NCBI GenBank assembly: GCA_013416795.1 | Contig: RQSC01000025.1 | Span: 314,137 to 378,136 of the forward strand | Direction of reading: 5' to 3' | DNA: 64,000 nucleotides | Source: Prasinococcaceae sp. CCMP 1430 | Lineage: Eukaryota; Plantae; Prasinodermophyta | Part shown: piece after piece, positions 58,267 to 64,000 of the stretch | How positions within the stretch are numbered: the first letter of the stretch is position 1 | How the letters are laid out: every line of letters starts with the position of its first letter | Program-made: the position numbers and the translations under genes | Notes under the pieces: generated by a model | Databases searched by the model: none | Told to the model about the DNA's origin: nothing | What the model saw: the letters and a program-made list of their open reading frames with translations, nothing else

Positions 58267-59993
58267 TCATGCCCGCGGGGTGGGTTTAGTGGGCACCGCG
58301 GGCGCCCACGGGGCGGTGCTACCCCCTGCGCTGCCTTGGCCGTTGCCGCTGCTGTCGTCACCCGCGATGTTGTCGTCGTCGTCGGGTCGCCGGGTCGGCA
58401 GCGTGTTGCCGAGCTGGTCTATGCGATCGTTCCAGTTGAGGCAGCGCGTGAGGCTGGCGACCCAGTCGTCGGTCTGATCCTTCTTGTTGATGGTAGGCAG
58501 CGGGTGCGCAGACATGCGTATGGTGACCGAGTCGCCGCGCTGCAGCTGCTGCCGCTTCTTGCCATCAAAGCACACCCACGCCGTGTCCCGCGCGTCGTCC
58601 GGCACGCGCAGCTCGAGCTCGGCGGAGTCGGGCAGCACCACTGGGCGGAAGCTCAGCGAGTGGGGGCAGATGGGCGTGAAGAGGATGGCGGGCACAGAGG
58701 GATGCACCATGGAGCCACCGGCGCTCACGCTGTACGCCGTGCTGCCCGTCGGCGTCGACACAATGACGCCGTCCGCCTGCACCTTGGTGATGAGCCTGCC
58801 GCGCTCATAGCACTCAATCTTGGACAGGTAAGGGTTGGAGCCTCGGTCCACAACGACCTCCTGCTTGCCCGTGGCCACGCGTGTTGGCGCGCGCAGGCGT
58901 GCGCGGGGGCATGGGAGGGCAGCGGGCGAGCGCCGAACGCACGCGGTGAGCGGGCGAACGAGCGGCAGCGGCAGCACGCGCGGCAAGGGGTACGCACGAT
59001 GCGCGCACGCACATTAAGTACGCTGTATGTCTTGCCCGGGAGGCGCTTGCCCTTCCGCAGTATCTCGCAGTGCAGGCGCATCCGAAGGGTGATATACACG
59101 GGCTCGTTGTGCTGCGCCGCGCTGATGAGGCGAGTGAGGTGCCAGGTGTGATCGGCGAAGCTGTGGTTGGCGAGGAAGCCGAGCGAACCGAGATTGAACG
59201 AGACGATCGGTGGCGCCGCACCCGTGAAGAGGCCGCTGGCATGCAGGATGACTCCGTCGCCCCCTAGGCACAGCACGAAGTCCACGCGGCGGTGCAACGA
59301 TGCTGCCTCCACCTGTGGGGCGAAGGTCTCGAGGAAGGGCAACGAGTTGTGCAGCGCTTTGAAGTCCGCCCACTCCACTATTACGCGCATGCCGTGCTCC
59401 GAGTGCAGCCACAGCGCCATTTCGTATAGCTCAGGCAGCAGCTGCGGTCCCAACTTCTTCAGGATGAGCACGCTGCAAGGCTTCGTCTTCCAGTAGAAGA
59501 GGTTCTGCTGTGTGGTTGGCGAGCTGAACTCGATGCTGTTGCCGCACACGCGCTCGTTGCCCACGAAGCCGTCCGTGCGGATGACGCACACCTCGGCCCG
59601 GCCGTCCTCACCCTCAGCTTCGTTCACGTCAGGTGGCCCGGGGGCGGTCTGAGTCTGGCCTGCTGTGACTGCGCCGCTCGTTCCCGGTGACTGGCCACCG
59701 GTGGACGTGGGAACCTGCACGATCTCGTACGAGCCGCACTTATCGTCGTCCAAGACCAAGCACTCCGGGTCGTCGGCGAGCTCCTCAAAGCCTTCGTTTG
59801 ATGGCCAAGCCCCCTTGCTCGCGTCGTCATCCCCGCCCCCTTTCGCTGCTGCTGCGCGCACTGCCCGACTCCTCCGGGCGTTCGCGGAATACGGCCGCCT
59901 TGCCTCCGGTCCTCGCTGCCGCGAGGCCATCGCCACAGGCGCGCGACGCGCGCCCGCGCGCGCGCCTGCTTGCCCTACCACCAGCGCATCCAT
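58267..59993 (-). CDS. NADK: NAD kinase, plant NADK2-type catalytic domain
   Basis: [16 protein letters not shown]|[38 protein letters not shown]; intron 58861-59012; TGTAA at 58156-58160. Confidence 0.93.
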
Positions 59994-60203
59994 GGTTGGG
60001 GCCCGCGCTGGCGCTTCGCGTTGCCTCGAGGCGCTCCGCCGCGGAGCCCCGACCCGGCCCACCCCACACACAACGGTTGCCCTCCCTTCGTGCTCACAGC
60101 GCGCTCGAGCGCTGCAGCGTGCACCCCCACCTGCCCACCCCCCAGCCACCGCAGCTGCGGGGAAGGCCGCTTCTTTCCCCGCAGTGCACTCGCTTCCGCT
60201 CCC

Positions 60204-60204
<1 letters not shown>

Positions 60205-60286
<82 letters not shown>
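60205..60286. repeat. Poly-C homopolymer adjoining an N
   Basis: About 82 C followed by N at 60287. Confidence 0.9.
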
Positions 60287-60882
60287 NGCGCGTCGGCGGT
60301 GATGAGCGCGCGCACCGTCCAAGTCGCGGCCCCAGCCGCGCACCCGCGCGGCCGGACGGCCGGCCGCGGCGCGCGCGCCGACCGAGCCGCGAGACGGAAC
60401 CCAGCCAGACCAGCCAGGCCCCCGGGCCAGCTGACTCCAGCCACCCCCAGGCAGCCTCCAGCCAGCCAGCCAGCTGGTCTGCTGACTGAGAGAGGCCGCG
60501 CCCGGCCGGCAGCCAGCCGGCCTCTGCGAGCGCCTCGGCTGAAGACGCGCACAGCCTGAAAGAGTCGCGACGAGTCAACTAGTACCATCAGATCGTACTA
60601 CTACAGCATAGCTCTGCCTGTTGTTGTTGTTTGTGGCGGGTGTCGTGCACCTCGCGGTCGGATGTAGAATGGGATGAAAAAGCATGAGGAGTGGAGAGCG
60701 CAGCAAGCGTCCAGTCCGCGCACACCTACTACAGTAGGTAGCTACTGTGGATGAGGAATTGGAATTCGAGTGAGATGTGTGCACGTACGTGCGGCTGGGG
60801 AGGCAGCCGGCGCGTCCGTGGCCGGCTCGGACGCGTGCGTGCGCGGGTGGGCCGCCGGGCGTCGACGCGGGGGGGTGCGCAN

Positions 60883-62104
60883 TGCTGCTGCCTGGGTGAG
60901 AGCGGACCGGGGGGGGAGGCTGACTGACCAGGGTCTGCACGCGCGCGGCGGCGGCGAGTACGTGCGGCGCCAGTGGCAGCGCGCGCGCGGCAGGGCTGGT
61001 GGGGTGGGGGGCACGCCTTCGCGCGCAGCGCGCGGCGCGGATGGCGGTCTCCATGGGGCATCGAAATCGGCGAGGCCCAGGGGGGGGGTATCCCAGGCGG
61101 CAGGCGGGAGCGCAGCTGGCGCGGGTGGCCCGGCACCACAGGCACTCCGCGGAGGCACTGAGGCCCAGTGGGCGCTCGCGGACAAGCTCGCCGCGCCGGT
61201 CGGCTTCGCGGCGGGCGTGTTTGGCAGCGTGGTGGGCGTCGGGGGTGGTACAATCATCGTGCCTGCGCTCACATCTTGCGCGGGCGTGGCACAGAAGGTA
61301 ATCAGCGGCACGAGCCTGGTGGCCGTGCTCGCGACGAGCGCTGCGAGCAGCGCCGCGTATGCCACGAACGGGCTCATCGACACCAAGGTGCGTTGCGCTC
61401 CACGCGGGCGTGCAGGGCGTGGCACCATCTCCGCGCTTGTGCTTCGGACCGCAAAGATTGCTTTCGTGGGCTTTGCTCACGGCTGCACGGAGCTGACCCG
61501 GCGCGCGCCGCGTGCCTTGCCTGCGGGCGCGCCTCCTCCTGCTCCTCAACAGGCCGCTGCCATCGTGGCAGCAACGGCGCTACTCAGCGCGAGCTTCGGC
61601 GCGCGCGCAACAGCCACGCTCTCCACACAGCAGCTCAAGCGTTTCCTTGGCTTCTTCCTGGTGAGCGTCGCCCCGCTGATTCCCCTAAAGAAAGCCATCT
61701 ACCAAGGTCGAAAAGACGAGGCGGTCGTTACGGGTGAGCTCGATGCGGCACGGGCATGCGTGCTCGCTGCGACGGGCGCCGTGGCGGGCTTCGCGAGCGG
61801 CCTACTGGGCATCGGCGGCGGCACAATCGTCACCCCATTGCTCGCGTTGACGACCGACCTGCCACAGGCTGGCGCCGTCGCGACCTCACTCGCAGCGATG
61901 TTCCTGCCGAGCTGCGTGGCCCTTGCGACACACGCTTCCTTGGGCAACGTGCGCTGGCGCATGGGCGCTTTCCTGGCGATGGGCACAGCGCTCGGCGCGG
62001 GGGTCGGCAGCCGGGCAGCATTGAGCGCCCCGGACGGGGCGCTCGAGGGTGTGTTCGCCCTGGGCATGGCCTTTCTAGGCGCGCGCACGCTCAAGTGGGT
62101 GTGA
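60883..62104 (+). CDS. TauE/SafE (TSUP) family putative sulfite/anion exporter; 5' end uncertain because of the N at 60882
   Basis: Duplicated G..G.GGG.I.VP.L...(A/S).(G/A)TSL motifs; intron 61388-61552. Confidence 0.85.
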
Positions 62105-63113
62105 GGGGGCGCGCCCCCGTCACCGCGCGGCCGCCGATCACTTGTGCTGATGGTATGCCTCACTCAAACACATGGACGGCCGGCCCCCATAATTATTCGG
62201 CCTTGTCGTCGATTTTCCTGCCAGAGCCGAACCCGCCGCCGCACCGCGCCTGCGACTGCACCCCCCCCACATACAGACCCCCCCCCCCAAAAATTGGTAT
62301 CGTGGTTTTCCTACTCAAGTTCGTACTGTACAGTGTACTGTTCGACGCAGCTTGATTGATGGGCATGTTCCTCGTCGTGCGGGCCATGTGGTCAGCATTG
62401 CGCGCCCGCGCCCTCCGCCGCTGCCCCTCTCCCCCCCCCCCCCTCTCCTCTGCCCTCCCGCCTGGCTGGCGGTGCCCCCCCGGCGCGCCGTTGGTCAGCC
62501 CGCGTCGATTCCTGGCCCACCGCGGGCGAAGCGCCTTTTCCCGCCGCGGACCCCGCACGATCGTCGGCCGGCCGGCCGGCGATTTCCCCCTTGGCTGGCT
62601 TGGGTCCTGTCCGCCCCTGGACTGATTGGATTTCCGTTTCCATTCGTCTGCTCGTGCGTCTGTCGGTCGGTCTCGGTCTCGGTTTCGTTCTGGATCTCGA
62701 TCTCGATCTGTGGCTGTGTGTGTGTCTGTGGCTGCGACGCGGCGCGCGGCGCGCGCTCGGCCGGAGCGAGCGGCTGCCGCGGCGGCGATCGGTCGGTNCG
62801 CGAGGATGGCGATGTAGTCGAATGAGCGCGCGCGCACAGGCACGCGCGCAGGCGCGCTCGTCGCACAGGCACACGCACGCACGCTTGCACGCATGGTCGC
62901 ACACACACCTCCCTCACCCCCCAGTCGAGCACGAATGCGACGGCGCCCGAGAACTCAGCGCGAGAGAGCTGCCGCCGCGCAGGGGTGCCGGGCGCGCCGC
63001 TTGCGCTTGCGGGGAGGCCAAGGCGGCGGGTCCACGCAAGTGGCGTTGCGCGGCGGTGCGTGCCCGTGCGCCCGCGCCGCCCTGCGAACCGCGCTGCGCA
63101 CCGTCGCTCTGAG

Positions 63114-63122
63114 AAACCCTAG
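63114..63122 (+). promoter_or_regulatory. Telo-box-like motif AAACCCTAG upstream of METH
   Basis: Exact AAACCCTA; lies upstream of a branch point/acceptor (GACTGAC...CAG at 63259), probably in a 5' UTR intron. Confidence 0.3.
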
Positions 63123-63281
63123 CGGGCGTACTGAATTCGCGCCGGGGAGGTTGCGAGGCGTGCGCAACCGTCGCGGGTGCAGCCGGCGGTGGTGCGCCAG
63201 CCGCGGAAGAGGCCTATCATCTTGACGAGGATCCGACTGACCCTAGCCCCTACGCGCAGGTCTCACGCGGCGCGTGCAGTC

Positions 63282-64000
63282 ATGAGCACGCTCAGTGCCT
63301 CGGGCGCCAAGGTCGTCGCACAGCTGATGCGCCTTGCGAAGGCGAACCCGGCACTCGCTGTTGGGTCACTCGCGCTGCTGTGGCCTGCGCTCAGTGTCGC
63401 GAGCGTGAGCTTCGTGCTCCTCCTGCCGCTGCTCATCCCGGCATCCGTCATCGCTCTTGCCGGCATCGTATTCTACAAGTACGTGGGCGCAGGCAATGCA
63501 CACACTGCAACGCCGGCGCCAGAGGCGAAGGAGCAGGCACCTGCCGCAACCGCCGCGGCGAGCAGCGATGACCTGCCGCCAGCGCCGAAGGAGCAAGCAC
63601 CTGCCGCACCCACTGCGGCAAGCAGCGAAGACCTCCCGCCGGTGCCCGTGTACAAGCAGTGGGTCGACCCCATCCCCGAGAACGAGACGTTCGACCAGCT
63701 CCGCAAGATCATGGACGAGCGCATCATCGTGATTGACGGCGCGATGGGCACGTCTGTGCAGAAGTACAAACTGGAGGAGGAGGACTACTGCGGCACGCTG
63801 TATCCCGACCACTCGGTGGACCTGAAAGGAAACAACGACCTGCTGGTGCTCACCCGCCCGGACGTCATCGAGGAGATCCACAACAACTTTCTCGAGGCGG
63901 GTGCGGACATCATTGAGACAAACACCTTCAACGGCACGTTCATCTCGCAGGGCGACTACAACATGGACACGTACGACGAGGTGTTCGCGATCAACAAGGG
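63282..64000 (+). CDS. METH: Cobalamin-dependent methionine synthase (5' part) with an N-terminal hydrophobic extension
   Basis: QLRKIMDERIIVIDGAMGT.VQ...LKGNNDLLVLTRPDVIEEIH..FLEAGADIIETNTFN; runs off the right edge. Confidence 0.92.
   Translation, partial: MSTLSASGAKVVAQLMRLAKANPALAVGSLALLWPALSVASVSFVLLLPLLIPASVIALAGIVFYKYVGAGNAHTATPAPEAKEQAPAATAAASSDDLPPAPKEQAPAAPTAASSEDLPPVPVYKQWVDPIPENETFDQLRKIMDERIIVIDGAMGTSVQKYKLEEEDYCGTLYPDHSVDLKGNNDLLVLTRPDVIEEIHNNFLEAGADIIETNTFNGTFISQGDYNMDTYDEVFAINK
63528..63647 (+). repeat. 60-bp tandem duplication in the METH linker
   Basis: KEQAPAATAAASSDDLPPAP / KEQAPAAPTAASSEDLPPVP. Confidence 0.85.

Noticed and set aside
30634-59993. Nocturnin-like NADP(H) phosphatase and NAD kinase as a linked pair
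   Set aside because: About 27 kb and ten unrelated genes apart; substrate of the EEP protein is not established.
60205-60287. Poly-C/G tracts as G-quadruplex elements or poly-Pro/Gly coding
   Set aside because: Intergenic, and this one abuts an N; length and reality are unreliable in a draft assembly.
62799-62830. Coding-like scrap FDYIAILA on the minus strand next to the N at 62798, or uORF ATGGCGATGTAG on plus
   Set aside because: Too short to assign and at a contig end.
63100-63150. CTGAGA-AACCC resembling part of a TPP riboswitch upstream of METH
   Set aside because: Lacks ACCTGAT, the P5 loop and convincing P1-P3 pairing; better read as a telo-box. No cobalamin riboswitch consensus seen either.

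Overview
Gene-dense, very GC-rich (about 70%) eukaryotic nuclear DNA from a draft assembly with several N gaps and long poly-C/G runs. It looks like a prasinophyte-like green alga: short GT-AG introns (mostly GTGCG donor, CTGAC branch point, YAG acceptor), TGTAA poly(A) signals, a plant-type cyclin D, ATG11, NADK2 and an XEG113-like GT77. About 30 protein genes can be called: a partial CHD-type SANT/SLIDE protein, cyclin D, a secreted Cys-rich protein, an FLVCR-type MFS transporter, a sulfotransferase, a Bet1-like SNARE, TAF4, GT77, MRS2, PMS1/PMS2, a UBA-PUB protein, a nocturnin-like phosphatase, a TPR-helical-CS protein, an NTF2-like protein, VTA1, ATG11, a CCDC174-like protein, an AT-hook protein, a coiled-coil/2xSAP protein, a TLC protein, MscS, an MsrB-like protein, NADK, a TauE/SafE transporter and the 5' part of METH. 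No rRNA, tRNA, CRISPR array or transposase was seen. Most notable: (1) METH carries a ~135-aa N-terminal extension with an oleosin-like hydrophobic hairpin; (2) the plastid-type NADK has a short CP12-like Cys motif; (3) ATG11 apparently lacks its C-terminal Claw domain; (4) three orphan gene fragments (two different axonemal dyneins and an AMT) sit at contig ends and are probably assembly chimeras. All family calls come from motif recognition by eye, not from database searches.
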